Shown: positions 50,530 to 61,030 of the stretch, piece after piece
Position numbering within the stretch: the first letter of the stretch is position 1
Layout: each line of letters begins with the position of its first letter
Program-made: the position numbers and the translations under genes
Assembly: GCA_030602345.1 (NCBI GenBank)
Contig: JAUVZX010000002.1
Location: 71,049-135,048 of the forward strand
Direction of reading: 5' to 3'
DNA: 64,000 nt
DNA from: Bacilli bacterium
Lineage (GTDB): Bacteria; Bacillota_I; Bacilli_A; RF39; UBA660
Notes under the pieces: model-generated
What the model was told of the DNA's origin: nothing
Seen by the model: only the letters and a program-made list of their open reading frames with translations
The model's database searches: none

Positions 50530-51546
50530 ATGAAAAAATATATAAATAATAAAAAGAATTTAATTATTTCTCACATTGCAGATGCCGATGGAATTAGTTC
50601 TGCTTTAATTGGAAAAATGTATTTACCAGATTCAGATATTATTTTATTAGAAATTAACGAAATTAAAGAAGTTTTAATGGGATTGCAAAATAGCCATTAT
50701 GAAAAAATAATAATTGTAGACTTACCCCTTCGAAAAGACGTAAGAGATTTATTAGAAGGAAAAGAAGAATTGATTTCTAAAATAGCTCATTTTGATCATC
50801 ACACTTCTGATTTAGATGAAGTTTTACCTAGCTATATTAATATAGTTTATGAAAGAGAAGGTAAATTAGAGTGTGGAGCTACTTTGTTATATGATTATTT
50901 TGCTAAAGTAAATCCAGATCATCCTCTGAGCAATAGTGAATACATTAAGATGTGGTTAGAAGGTGTTAGAAGTTATGATACCGAGGGGCCTCCAACGTTG
51001 AATCCAATTGGAATGGGTATAACTAAGCAATTAGAGTTGCTAGGTATTGATGGATATATGTCTTTTTATGAAAAGGAAATTTATGCTAATCAAGAAACAA
51101 AAGTTTCACTACCGGAAAGTTATAAAACATTCTTTCCAGAAGAGCATATTGCAATCTTTAAAAAAGAAGATGAAATAATAAATGAATATATTGCTAAAGT
51201 TGAAGAAAACTTAGTTATTCTTCCATTCTTATATGAAGGTAAAGAATATAATGCAGGAGCTATTATATCTAATCAATATAGAAGTGTAGTAGGAAATAGA
51301 TTAGCAAAAAAATATGCTAATGAAGTAGATTTTATGCTTTTGATAGATTTTGACAGAAGACAATTTTCTTTTAGAGGAATAAGAGAAGACTTGCATTTAG
51401 GTAAATTAGCAAAAGCAATTCATCCTTTAGCGGGAGGTCAAGCAAAAGCTTGTGGGATGCCAATTGATGAGTTAACAATTGATATTGTTAAACAATATGT
51501 TGAACTATTTGAACTACAAAAACTTAACACTAAAAAAGTAAAATAG
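50530..51546 (+). CDS. DHH-family phosphoesterase (NrnB/oligoribonuclease-like)
   Basis: ISH..DADG, IVDL, FDHH, ECGA.L, D, SFR and GGQAKACG (GGHxxAxG variant) motifs. Confidence 0.82.
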   Translation: MKKYINNKKNLIISHIADADGISSALIGKMYLPDSDIILLEINEIKEVLMGLQNSHYEKIIIVDLPLRKDVRDLLEGKEELISKIAHFDHHTSDLDEVLPSYINIVYEREGKLECGATLLYDYFAKVNPDHPLSNSEYIKMWLEGVRSYDTEGPPTLNPIGMGITKQLELLGIDGYMSFYEKEIYANQETKVSLPESYKTFFPEEHIAIFKKEDEIINEYIAKVEENLVILPFLYEGKEYNAGAIISNQYRSVVGNRLAKKYANEVDFMLLIDFDRRQFSFRGIREDLHLGKLAKAIHPLAGGQAKACGMPIDELTIDIVKQYVELFELQKLNTKKVK

Positions 51547-51600
51547 TAATGATAACGATTCTTTCTGTGGTATAATTATACTATAGGGAGGATCGTTTTT

Positions 51601-52131
51601 ATGAAATTTAATATTCATGGAAAAAATATTGAAATTACAGATTCAATAGAAGCATACATAGAGGAAAAAGTAGGCAGACTACACAAATATTTTGGTCAAC
51701 CAGATGATATGGTGGCAAATATTTTGGTTAAAGTAAAAGGGCTTGACCAAAAAATTGAAGTCACGATTCCAACTAAGAATGTCATTTTAAGAGCTGAAGA
51801 AGTAGGTAAAGATTTATATGCAGCGATTGACTTAGTATCGGAAAAATTAGAAAGACAAATAAGAAAATCAAAAACAAAAATGCAAAAACATCGTCAAAAA
51901 GAAAGATATATGGATTTTTCAATGGATTATGATGTTAGTGACGAAGACAACAAAATAGTAAAAAGAAAATTATTAGATTTAGTTCCTATGAGCGAAGAAG
52001 AAGCTATCGTTCAAATGGAAATGTTAGGACATGATTTCTTTGTATTTAAAAATAGCGATTTAGAAGAAATATGCGTTTTATATAAGAGAAAAGATAATGA
52101 TTTTGGAATACTAATTGCAGAAGAGAACTAA
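51601..52131 (+). CDS. hpf: Ribosome hibernation promoting factor (long HPF)
   Basis: GKNIEITD.I..Y...K, DLYAAIDLV..KLERQ and MSEEEAI.QM.MLGHDF motifs; upstream of secA. Confidence 0.95.
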   Translation: MKFNIHGKNIEITDSIEAYIEEKVGRLHKYFGQPDDMVANILVKVKGLDQKIEVTIPTKNVILRAEEVGKDLYAAIDLVSEKLERQIRKSKTKMQKHRQKERYMDFSMDYDVSDEDNKIVKRKLLDLVPMSEEEAIVQMEMLGHDFFVFKNSDLEEICVLYKRKDNDFGILIAEEN

Positions 52132-52204
52132 GTTCTCTTTTAAAATGACACTATTATTTTTCAATTATTTTTGATAAAATAGAAAATGACGAAAGAGGGA
52201 AAAC

Positions 52205-54694
52205 ATGAAATTAATAAAACAACTTTTTGATCATGAGTATAAAGAACTAGAACGATTTAAAAAAATAGCAGATCAAATAGAACTTTTAAGTGATGAAATG
52301 GAAAAGCTTTCAGATGAAGAATTGAAAGCGAAAACAGCAGAGTTTAGAAATAGACTTGCTGATGGAGCAACTTTAGATTCGATTTTAGTCGAAGCTTTTG
52401 CTGTGGTGAGAGAAGCGGCTTTCAGAGTAATTGGTGAAAAACCATTCTATGTTCAATTATTAGGTGGTCTTGCTATTCATTATGGAAATATAGCAGAAAT
52501 GAAAACAGGAGAAGGAAAAACTCTTACTTCTACATTACCCGCTTATGCTAATGCTTTAACAGGAGATGGAGTTCATATAATAACAGTTAACGAATATCTA
52601 GCTGGCCGTGATGCTGAATGGATGGGAAATATTTACCGTTTCTTAGGATTGACAGTTGGAGTAAACTATAGAGAACTTACACCCGAACAAAAACAAGAGG
52701 CATATAATTGTGATATTATGTACACCACAAACAACGAAGTTGGTTTTGACTATCTAAGAGACAACATGGTTGTTAACAAAGCTGAGAGAGTCATGAAGGG
52801 CCTTAATTTTGCTATTATCGATGAAGTTGACTCGGTTTTAATTGACGAGGCTAGAACGCCTCTAATTATTTCAGGTGGGGTTGTTAATTCAGCAAAATTA
52901 TATATGCAAGCAGATACATTTGTTAGAACTTTAAAAGAAGATAACGGATATATATATGATGAAAAAACAAAAGCTGTTAGTCTTGATGAAGTCGGAATAG
53001 CAAAAGCTGAAAAAGCTTTTGGTGTAGATAATTTATATGATATAAATAACACCAATTTAGTCCACTTTATAAATCAAGCCTTAAAAGCAAACTTTTCAAT
53101 GAAAAAAGATGTAGATTATGTAGTAGATGAAGGTAAAATATTAATTGTAGACCCATTTACGGGAAGATTAATGGTGGGAAGAAATTTCTCTGATGGACTT
53201 CATCAAGCTATTGAAGCCAAAGAAAGAGTTGAAATTCAAGAAGAAACCAAAACTCTAGCAACTATAACATTCCAAAATTTATTCAGAATGTATAAAAAAT
53301 TATCTGGTATGACCGGAACTGCCAAAACAGAAGAAGAAGAATTTAGATCAATATATAATATGTATGTCATTTGTATTCCCACAAATAAACCAGTTATAAG
53401 AGAAGACTTCGGAGATTTAATTTTTGCTACTGCCGATGGTAAATTTAGGGCAATAGTAAAAGAAATTAAAGAAAGATATGAAAAAGGACAGCCAGTATTA
53501 GTTGGTACAGTTGCGGTTGAAACGAGTGAATTAATTAGTGAATTACTTCACAAAGAAAAAGTTCCTCATGAAGTCTTAAATGCTAAAAATCATGTTCGTG
53601 AAGCTGAAATAATCGCCAAAGCCGGACATAAAAACTCAGTTACGATAGCAACGAATATGGCTGGACGTGGAACCGATATCAAATTAACTCAAGAAACTAA
53701 AGAGCTCGGGGGATTATGTGTAATTGGTACTGAAAGGCACGAATCACGAAGAATCGATAATCAGTTAAGAGGTAGAGCGGGTCGTCAAGGAGATCCAGGA
53801 TTTTCACAATTCTGCGTTTCATTCGAAGATGAATTGATGGTTAGATTCGGAACAGATCGCGGTAAAGACTTACTTAAAAAAGTTGGCTTTGATGGTGATA
53901 TGTCAATCCGTACAGGAATGATGTCTAAATCAATTGAATCTGCGCAAAAAAGAGTTGAAGGAAACAACTTCGATATTCGTAAGCAATTATTACAATATGA
54001 TGATGTTGTCAATCAACAAAGACTTCAAATATATGAAAAAAGAAATGAAATTTTAGATAAAGAATCTATTCATGATGAAGTTTTAAATAATATATATAAT
54101 TATGTAGCAGGACTAATCGATAGTCATATTGCTCCAGAAGGATTTTTAACTGAATTAGATAAAAAAGAAATTTTAGAAGCGGTTAATTATATTGTTTCTA
54201 AAAAAATAAATATTACTGATGTTTTAGAATTGGATGAAGAAGCAACAATTGATTATATTTACGAAAAAGTAATAAGCGAATATGAAGAAAAAATTTCTCA
54301 ATTACCAGAAGAAGTAATAAATGAGTTTGAAAAAGCAATTTCTCTAAGAGTTATTGATACTTATTGGATGGAAAATATTAATACAATGGCTAATTTAAGA
54401 GAAGGAATTCACTTAAGAGGATACGCGCAAGAAGATCCTCTAAGAGCTTATACTCAAGAAGGATTCGAATTATTTAATGAATTATTACATACAATTGATA
54501 AAGAAATAACTTCATACTTATTAAGAGCTGAAATAAGACAAAACACTGAAAGAAAACAAGTTATAAAAGGTGAAGCAGCTCAAGATATGTCAAAAGTAAA
54601 AAAACAAACACCAAAACAAGTGGAAAAAATAGGAAGAAACGATCCTTGTCCATGTGGAAGTGGAAAAAAATATAAACAATGTCATGGTAAATAA
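52205..54694 (+). CDS. secA: Preprotein translocase subunit SecA
   Basis: EMKTGEGKT, DEVDS.LIDEA, TNMAGRGTD, QLRGRAGRQGD and SEC-C GRNDPCPCGSGKKYKQCHG motifs. Confidence 0.98.
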   Translation: MKLIKQLFDHEYKELERFKKIADQIELLSDEMEKLSDEELKAKTAEFRNRLADGATLDSILVEAFAVVREAAFRVIGEKPFYVQLLGGLAIHYGNIAEMKTGEGKTLTSTLPAYANALTGDGVHIITVNEYLAGRDAEWMGNIYRFLGLTVGVNYRELTPEQKQEAYNCDIMYTTNNEVGFDYLRDNMVVNKAERVMKGLNFAIIDEVDSVLIDEARTPLIISGGVVNSAKLYMQADTFVRTLKEDNGYIYDEKTKAVSLDEVGIAKAEKAFGVDNLYDINNTNLVHFINQALKANFSMKKDVDYVVDEGKILIVDPFTGRLMVGRNFSDGLHQAIEAKERVEIQEETKTLATITFQNLFRMYKKLSGMTGTAKTEEEEFRSIYNMYVICIPTNKPVIREDFGDLIFATADGKFRAIVKEIKERYEKGQPVLVGTVAVETSELISELLHKEKVPHEVLNAKNHVREAEIIAKAGHKNSVTIATNMAGRGTDIKLTQETKELGGLCVIGTERHESRRIDNQLRGRAGRQGDPGFSQFCVSFEDELMVRFGTDRGKDLLKKVGFDGDMSIRTGMMSKSIESAQKRVEGNNFDIRKQLLQYDDVVNQQRLQIYEKRNEILDKESIHDEVLNNIYNYVAGLIDSHIAPEGFLTELDKKEILEAVNYIVSKKINITDVLELDEEATIDYIYEKVISEYEEKISQLPEEVINEFEKAISLRVIDTYWMENINTMANLREGIHLRGYAQEDPLRAYTQEGFELFNELLHTIDKEITSYLLRAEIRQNTERKQVIKGEAAQDMSKVKKQTPKQVEKIGRNDPCPCGSGKKYKQCHGK

Positions 54695-54906
54695 ACAATC
54701 AAAAGAGGTTTGAATAAGGGTTAATCTTAAGCTTACCTTTTTTAGTGTTATAATATATTTGGTATGGGAGAAATTATGAACAAATTACCACAAATAAAAT
54801 TCAGAGTTATGACTTTGAAATAAATTAATAAGGGTTTTGATTATATTAAAAATTATTTTAATAAATAGTTTTCCAAAATGATATAATAATATATAGAGGT
54901 AATACT

Positions 54907-56361
54907 ATGAATAACTTAAAATTAGATGCAGATATTTTTGGTGGATATTTTAGTTCAGAGCAAATAGATATGCTATCTATTATTCAATGCAAAAATTTTA
55001 ATGATTTAGTAACTTTTATTAAATACTGTGACCAAATAAATAGGGTTCCAGATATATATGAGAATTTAGATAGTATTGATTTGGAAACTGCAAAAAGAAT
55101 GGTATTTAAAAAATATCAAGACACATTAGTATCCCACGACTCTACAAAAGATGAGTCCGCATTGAATAAATTTAAATATTTGGGAATAGTGGCATCAGAT
55201 TTAGAATCTATAATTGATAGAAAACATCCATATTCGGAAGAAATTGTAACTTTGAACCATCATTTTGTATCAAGAGAAAGAGATCAGTTAAAAAATGAAA
55301 ATTTATATGATGAAATGGTTTTTTTGGAGAGTCAACTAGATAATTTCAATAGTATAGTTGTTGGTTCTGGAAAGATATACACGATAGTTAACAAGTTTTT
55401 TAGAAACAAAGAACTAGAAAAAAGATATGATTTTTATCATGTGAAAAGAGATTTGGCTTTTGCACTTAGAAACAGGAAGCAAGTTAGGTTTCATTCTTTG
55501 CTCGTAAGAGAGGATCCGAACAATCTATTTGAAGGAAAAAATAAAAATCAAATTTTAGAAATAATTAGTGAATATGTAAAAAATACAATAAACTTTATTA
55601 GTGAATATAATAAAAATAATAAGATTATTGTAAACGGAAAAGAAGAACCGCAAATATATGCAATTGATTTATTCAATGAAATAATTAGTTTTGATAAGGA
55701 TAAAGATGGCGACTATAATAATATTTGGGTGAAAAAATATGGTATATCTTTAAAGGAAATAATCGAAACATTTGAGTACGCCAAAACTAATAAACCTGAA
55801 GGGGTCAAATATTTGTATAACGAACCATTTTTAGAAAATGGTGACAGAAGAAAAAAAGTATTGGAAACAATTAGTGAAATTGAAGTGCTATCTCCTGGAC
55901 TAATTGATACATTAGGTAGCCAAATGCATATAACGATTAGAGAAGATTTAAATAACATAAAAAATTGCTATGAAGATTTCAAAGCATTTCAAGATAGCAC
56001 TGGAAAGAATGTTGAAATTACAGAATTTGATATGTCATTATGCAAAAATGATATTGAGCGAGTTTTTGGTGAAAAACCGGATGTTCAGCCTAGTCAAGTT
56101 TACGATATTAAAAAAGAAAAAATAAATGAAATATCTCAAATAATAAATAACTCTGGCGTTAAATTATCGGGAGTTTCGTATTGGGCTTTAACGGATGGGA
56201 TAGATTTTAATTTAGAAAGAATTAGAAGTGATTTTTTGAAAGAGGAAAAAATAAAAAATTCCACAGAGATTCCATCAGCCTTCGGTGGTTTATTTTCTAC
56301 ACATCAAAATAAATTGGTTTCTCAAAAAGAAAACATAATCAAACAAGAACAGCATCTATAA
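54907..56361 (+). CDS. Glycoside hydrolase family 10-like protein
   Basis: VRFHSLL, IDLFNE (acid/base), YLYNE, GSQMH, ITEFD (nucleophile) and SYW..TD in GH10 order. Confidence 0.7.
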   Translation: MNNLKLDADIFGGYFSSEQIDMLSIIQCKNFNDLVTFIKYCDQINRVPDIYENLDSIDLETAKRMVFKKYQDTLVSHDSTKDESALNKFKYLGIVASDLESIIDRKHPYSEEIVTLNHHFVSRERDQLKNENLYDEMVFLESQLDNFNSIVVGSGKIYTIVNKFFRNKELEKRYDFYHVKRDLAFALRNRKQVRFHSLLVREDPNNLFEGKNKNQILEIISEYVKNTINFISEYNKNNKIIVNGKEEPQIYAIDLFNEIISFDKDKDGDYNNIWVKKYGISLKEIIETFEYAKTNKPEGVKYLYNEPFLENGDRRKKVLETISEIEVLSPGLIDTLGSQMHITIREDLNNIKNCYEDFKAFQDSTGKNVEITEFDMSLCKNDIERVFGEKPDVQPSQVYDIKKEKINEISQIINNSGVKLSGVSYWALTDGIDFNLERIRSDFLKEEKIKNSTEIPSAFGGLFSTHQNKLVSQKENIIKQEQHL

Positions 56362-56449
56362 AAAGTGATTTAATCACTTTTTGTTTATACTTTTTATTAT
56401 TAGTTTATGCTATAATAATTATACGGACAAAAATTAAAAAGGAGTAAAA

Positions 56450-57319
56450 ATGAAACAAAAAAAAGAGTTTATTTCAAAGGAGCCAAATGATAAAGAAAGA
56501 AAAAATTTGCTTTATGCACTTGGTTTAGGTTTAGGGTTTTTCATATTAATGATATTGCTTAGTTCAATGTCTGCTAATGAAGAAAAAAGAATTATAAGCA
56601 ATTATGAGAAGGCATTTGCAAATACAGAAAGAAATATAGTCTATATTGGTAGAGATACTTGTATATACTGCCAATATTTAAATCCTATTTTAAAAGATTT
56701 TAAAAAAGATTTCGGAGCAGAATACGTTTATATTGATTTCGAAAAGATAAGTTCTAAAGTTTTTGAAGAAATTATGGAAGATTTAGATATCGATCCTGAA
56801 ACATTTGGGACGCCTTACATAGTTGCACTTGAGAATGGTGAAGTAAAAGAAAGATTAATTGGTTTTAACGGAGAACAGAGAACATTTGAATTTTTTCAAA
56901 GGCATAATCAAATATCTTCTGAATTATCACCGGTTATTAACTATATAAAAGCAGATGAATTTGTAGATTTATTAAATCAAAGTGAAATGGAAGTTGTAGT
57001 AGTTGGAGCAACAACGTGCAGTTTCTGTGCGCAAGTAAGACCGACTCTAGTAAATTTATCAAAAAAACATAATTTGACAATAAATTACTATAATATTAAT
57101 ATTGTAGATGGAGATGACTTTCAAAAGGCAATTGAAGCCTCACTTAGTCTTATAAATGGTAGTATTGAAGAAATATTAACTTCAGACGAAACTAAAATTG
57201 AGAAATTTGGTACACCAACAATGTTCTTGGTAAAAGATAGAAAAGTTATTGCTCATTTAAGTGGAGCGTTAAGTTTGTCAGAGTTTGAAAGCTTCTTAGA
57301 AAAAAATGGAGTATTATAG
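56450..57319 (+). CDS. Membrane-anchored tandem thioredoxin-fold protein
   Basis: TM anchor; CIYC and CSFC motifs, each followed by GTP cis-Pro motifs. Confidence 0.85.
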   Translation: MKQKKEFISKEPNDKERKNLLYALGLGLGFFILMILLSSMSANEEKRIISNYEKAFANTERNIVYIGRDTCIYCQYLNPILKDFKKDFGAEYVYIDFEKISSKVFEEIMEDLDIDPETFGTPYIVALENGEVKERLIGFNGEQRTFEFFQRHNQISSELSPVINYIKADEFVDLLNQSEMEVVVVGATTCSFCAQVRPTLVNLSKKHNLTINYYNINIVDGDDFQKAIEASLSLINGSIEEILTSDETKIEKFGTPTMFLVKDRKVIAHLSGALSLSEFESFLEKNGVL

Positions 57320-57772
57320 ATGAAAAAAATTAACATATATGCGGCCCTTAGTACCTTTATGCATAAATATCCTATGACTGTTGCTTGGAGAGTTAAAGCG
57401 CATGCTAAAATTATCGAAAAGCATTTAAATCCAGGGGAAGAAGTATTATACGCTTTTGCAGGACAAAAAGGACCTGAATTTTATGAATTGTTTTATACAG
57501 GAGTTATTGTACTAACTAATAAGAGAATTTTAGTCGCAACAAAAAGATTTGTGTGGGGATATTTTTTCACATCGATTACACCTGATATGTTTAACGATTT
57601 TAAAGTTAAAGTTGGACTTATTTGGACTAGAGTATATATCGATACTATAAATGAAGAAATAATCATTTCAAATGTTGATAAAGCTGCTGCTAATGAATTA
57701 GAAACAGCTGTTACTGAACAAATGATGAAATTAAGCAAAGAATATGGTATAACAAAAAAAAGAGGTAGATAA
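57320..57772 (+). CDS. Bacterial PH-domain protein
   Basis: LNPGEEVLYAF.G...IVLTNKRIL pattern. Confidence 0.7.
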   Translation: MKKINIYAALSTFMHKYPMTVAWRVKAHAKIIEKHLNPGEEVLYAFAGQKGPEFYELFYTGVIVLTNKRILVATKRFVWGYFFTSITPDMFNDFKVKVGLIWTRVYIDTINEEIIISNVDKAAANELETAVTEQMMKLSKEYGITKKRGR

Positions 57773-57834
57773 CCTCTTTTTCTTTTGATTGAAAAAATAT
57801 CATAAATTCTATATAATTATTATAGTGAGGTAGT

Positions 57835-59112
57835 ATGAAGAGATTATTTTCAACTTTGGTTATTTTATTTTTAATTTACTATGCGATTGAAATATTTTTT
57901 AATTTATTTGGCGTGGGACATTCATTAAACTATATTATATATAAAAACGATATGAACATTACGGTAGAAGAAGAATACGTTGCTAGGCAAAAGAATGAAA
58001 CTAATTCATATAATATAAAAATAAACTATGATGGTAGTGATTTTTATTTTAATGTTTTTAAAAATATGTATGGTGCAAGGAAAATTGTTAAAGATGTAAT
58101 AGTTTATTCTGATGCTCAATACAAATGCGTTTTCCCGATTTTTACTAATAATTCAATTTTATCAGATGTTCTTTGTTTAAAGGGAAACACATATTATCAT
58201 GCAAATTCTATTAATTCTAAAGAAGTGGCGTCATTTATTGATGGTTTAGAAAGCAAGGGTTATGATAAGACTCAATTCGTGGACGATAAGTCTAATACAA
58301 CTGTGAATGGAGTATTGACGGTATTTGAAAATAATCTAGTAGATAATCATTTTATTTCAATGAATCATTATCGAGGAATATTTACAATAAATAAGAGCAA
58401 CTTAAAAACAGTTTATGTTGCCAGAATGTTTTTGACAGATATATATAGAAGAGACATAAGTGTTCTTGTAAATAATTTTTATGTAACTGCTAATTATGAT
58501 CAAAAATTTGCTTTTGATAAATTTTTAGTGGTAGATATAACAAATAATAGATCTTTTGAAATAAGAACATCAGGATTTTTAATCGATTTTGATTCATACA
58601 TTCAAGGTGTTGTAGGAGATTCACTTTATCTATTTGATAAACAAAGTAGAAAACAATATGAAATTGATGTTAAAAAGAAAACTGTAGTTGAAGTTGGTAA
58701 TTCTGATATAGGTATTAGAATATATAAAAATGAAGTATTTGAAAGAGTACCTGCGGTAGACGTTTTAAAAAACTTACCTTTATTTGACGGAGATGTGACA
58801 TCAACGTTCAAGACTAATGGTTACGAAAGAATAGATACTATTATCGGAGAAAAAACAGGATATATATATTATTTTAAAAAAGTTAATAATGAATTCGAGG
58901 TTTATAGAGCTCCAAAAATTGATAAGGATGCAAAAACATACATATTTAAAACAAACAAAATAGATAATATAAAATATATAGACGGATTTATCTATTATAC
59001 TTCTGGAATAGAAGTAAAACATTATAGTGATTTATTGGGAGAAAGAACTATTGCTAGAAACACAGAGTTTGATTTTAATAGTAGTTTATATTTTAATGCA
59101 TATAGAAAATAG
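57835..59112 (+). CDS. Membrane-anchored beta-rich hypothetical protein
   Basis: N-terminal TM/signal; aromatic-rich beta-strand repeats. Confidence 0.65.
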   Translation: MKRLFSTLVILFLIYYAIEIFFNLFGVGHSLNYIIYKNDMNITVEEEYVARQKNETNSYNIKINYDGSDFYFNVFKNMYGARKIVKDVIVYSDAQYKCVFPIFTNNSILSDVLCLKGNTYYHANSINSKEVASFIDGLESKGYDKTQFVDDKSNTTVNGVLTVFENNLVDNHFISMNHYRGIFTINKSNLKTVYVARMFLTDIYRRDISVLVNNFYVTANYDQKFAFDKFLVVDITNNRSFEIRTSGFLIDFDSYIQGVVGDSLYLFDKQSRKQYEIDVKKKTVVEVGNSDIGIRIYKNEVFERVPAVDVLKNLPLFDGDVTSTFKTNGYERIDTIIGEKTGYIYYFKKVNNEFEVYRAPKIDKDAKTYIFKTNKIDNIKYIDGFIYYTSGIEVKHYSDLLGERTIARNTEFDFNSSLYFNAYRK

Positions 59113-59120
59113 AGGTAAAC

Positions 59121-60095
59121 ATGGATATAGAAATAATTGAAGTAACTAAAGAACCCGATATAGTAGAATTGTTTGGTGAAGATCTTACTTCTAAAAAATA
59201 TATAACTAATCCAGCGATTGCTAGAGAAGGAGAAATTAAAAAGGTTTTATTGACTTTATTAACTCCTGAAAAATCGGCAATTCTCGTGGGTAAACCAGGT
59301 ATCGGTAAAACAGCTATAGTTGAAGGAATAGCATATTTAATTCAAAAAAATGAAGTTCCAAAAGTATTGCAAGGATTCAAAGTAATTAAATTTAACTCTT
59401 CTTCGTTATCTGGAGTAATTAGTCTGGAAAATAGAGAAGAAGCCGTTATATCTCTTTTGATTAAACAATTAAAAGAAAAAGAGAAGATAATTATTTTTAT
59501 TGATGAAATCCATACTTTAATCGGAAATAATAATTCCCTAGATTTAGCAAATATTTTAAAGCCTGCTTTAGATAGGGGAGATGTTAAGGCAATAGGAGCG
59601 ACAACTACTCTTGAGTATGATAAATATATAATCAGAGATAGAGCTTTCTTACGAAGATTTGAAAAAGTAGATGTGTTAGAGCCTAGCCGTGATACTACGG
59701 TTGATATTTTAGTCGGCTCACTTCCGAGAATTGAAAAAAATACGGGAATAAAATTTAAATATAATCACTATGTTTCTAAACAGATAATTGAGAGTATTGT
59801 TGATGCAACATCTGAATATAAAAGAATTTATGGACTTGCTGCCATGTATCCTGACGTATCCTTTTCAGTATTGACACAAGCGTTTTCACAAGCTTTATTT
59901 GATAATAGAGAAGAAGTTACCGTTAAGGACGTATATAATGCTATCAAAGGAAGCAAGCGTATATATCCTGATAGTATAATTAAAGAGCTTGATGCCTTTA
60001 AAAACAAGTTTCAAGATATCATAGAAGAAGAGAAAATACAGTTAGATACTGTTACAATTGAGGAACTGAAAAAAGAAAATGAAGGACTGTACTAA
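59121..60095 (+). CDS. Single-domain Clp/Hsp100-type AAA+ ATPase (NBD1 only)
   Basis: P.IARE.EI, GKPGIGKTAIVEG, FIDEIHTL, ANILKPAL.RG, IGATT..EY and DRAFLRRF motifs. Confidence 0.88.
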   Translation: MDIEIIEVTKEPDIVELFGEDLTSKKYITNPAIAREGEIKKVLLTLLTPEKSAILVGKPGIGKTAIVEGIAYLIQKNEVPKVLQGFKVIKFNSSSLSGVISLENREEAVISLLIKQLKEKEKIIIFIDEIHTLIGNNNSLDLANILKPALDRGDVKAIGATTTLEYDKYIIRDRAFLRRFEKVDVLEPSRDTTVDILVGSLPRIEKNTGIKFKYNHYVSKQIIESIVDATSEYKRIYGLAAMYPDVSFSVLTQAFSQALFDNREEVTVKDVYNAIKGSKRIYPDSIIKELDAFKNKFQDIIEEEKIQLDTVTIEELKKENEGLY

Positions 60096-60104
60096 GGTGA
60101 TAAT

Positions 60105-60524
60105 ATGAAAAATAAAATTATATATGGATTAATTATCTTTGCAACCTATTTTTTATTATTTTCTTTTATTACTATTTATAGAGAATATAAAAATAATAGT
60201 GAAGTTAAATTTTTGCGAGAAAAAATTAGCGAGATATATTATGAAGATCTAGATAATTTTCTTTTAGAAAATCCAGATGTATATATTTATATAGTTGAAC
60301 TTGAAAATCAGAATGCAGAATTTAATTCCGATGTTATAGAATTAGTAGAAAAGAACGTTTTAGAAGAGCAAATAGTTTTATTGATTTTAAATAAAGAAGA
60401 ACAAAAAACATTTGAAAAAAAATATGATTTAATTTTAGAAATTCCAACAGTAATATTTTTTGAAAATGGCAACTATATACAAACTATGGGTGATTTAAAA
60501 CTTATGAGTATAGAAAATGATTAA
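60105..60524 (+). CDS. Membrane-anchored thioredoxin-like protein lacking CxxC
   Basis: TM anchor; EI.YEDL..FL.ENP and IPT.IFFENG patterns. Confidence 0.55.
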   Translation: MKNKIIYGLIIFATYFLLFSFITIYREYKNNSEVKFLREKISEIYYEDLDNFLLENPDVYIYIVELENQNAEFNSDVIELVEKNVLEEQIVLLILNKEEQKTFEKKYDLILEIPTVIFFENGNYIQTMGDLKLMSIEND

Positions 60525-61020
60525 TGTAGTTTTGTTTGAGCCTGAGATAGCGGGTAATGTAGGTAATATTATGAGAACGTGTGCAGCTTCAGGAGTAAGG
60601 TTACATTTGATCGAGCCGTTTGGTTTTTTATGGAATGATAAATTGATAAAAAGAACTGGAGCAAATCACATAGATGATTGTGAGCACTTTGTTTATGAAG
60701 ATTTAGATGATTTTTTTTCTAAAAACAGTGGTAAATACTATTTTATAACTAGATATGGAAAAAAAGCCCATTCATCTTTTGACTATTCTTTGGAAGAAAA
60801 TATATATTTCTTCTTCGGAAAGGAAAGTACGGGTTTGCCAAAAGAGTTATTAGCAGCAAATCTTGATAATTGTCTAAGAATACCAATGAAGGAAAATATA
60901 AGATCTTTAAATGTATCAAATACAGTTGCAATAATTGTATATGAAGCATTAAGGCAAAATGATTATAAAGGATTATCATTAAAAGAAGTCATAAAAGGAG
61001 AAGACTATTTAAGTCAATAA
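60517..61020 (+). CDS. trmL: tRNA (cytidine(34)-2'-O)-methyltransferase
   Basis: VVLFEPEI.GN.GNI.RTC, LHLIEP.GF, FGKESTGL and RSLNVSN motifs. Confidence 0.93.
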   Translation: MINVVLFEPEIAGNVGNIMRTCAASGVRLHLIEPFGFLWNDKLIKRTGANHIDDCEHFVYEDLDDFFSKNSGKYYFITRYGKKAHSSFDYSLEENIYFFFGKESTGLPKELLAANLDNCLRIPMKENIRSLNVSNTVAIIVYEALRQNDYKGLSLKEVIKGEDYLSQ

Positions 61021-61030
61021 GGAGAAAAAA

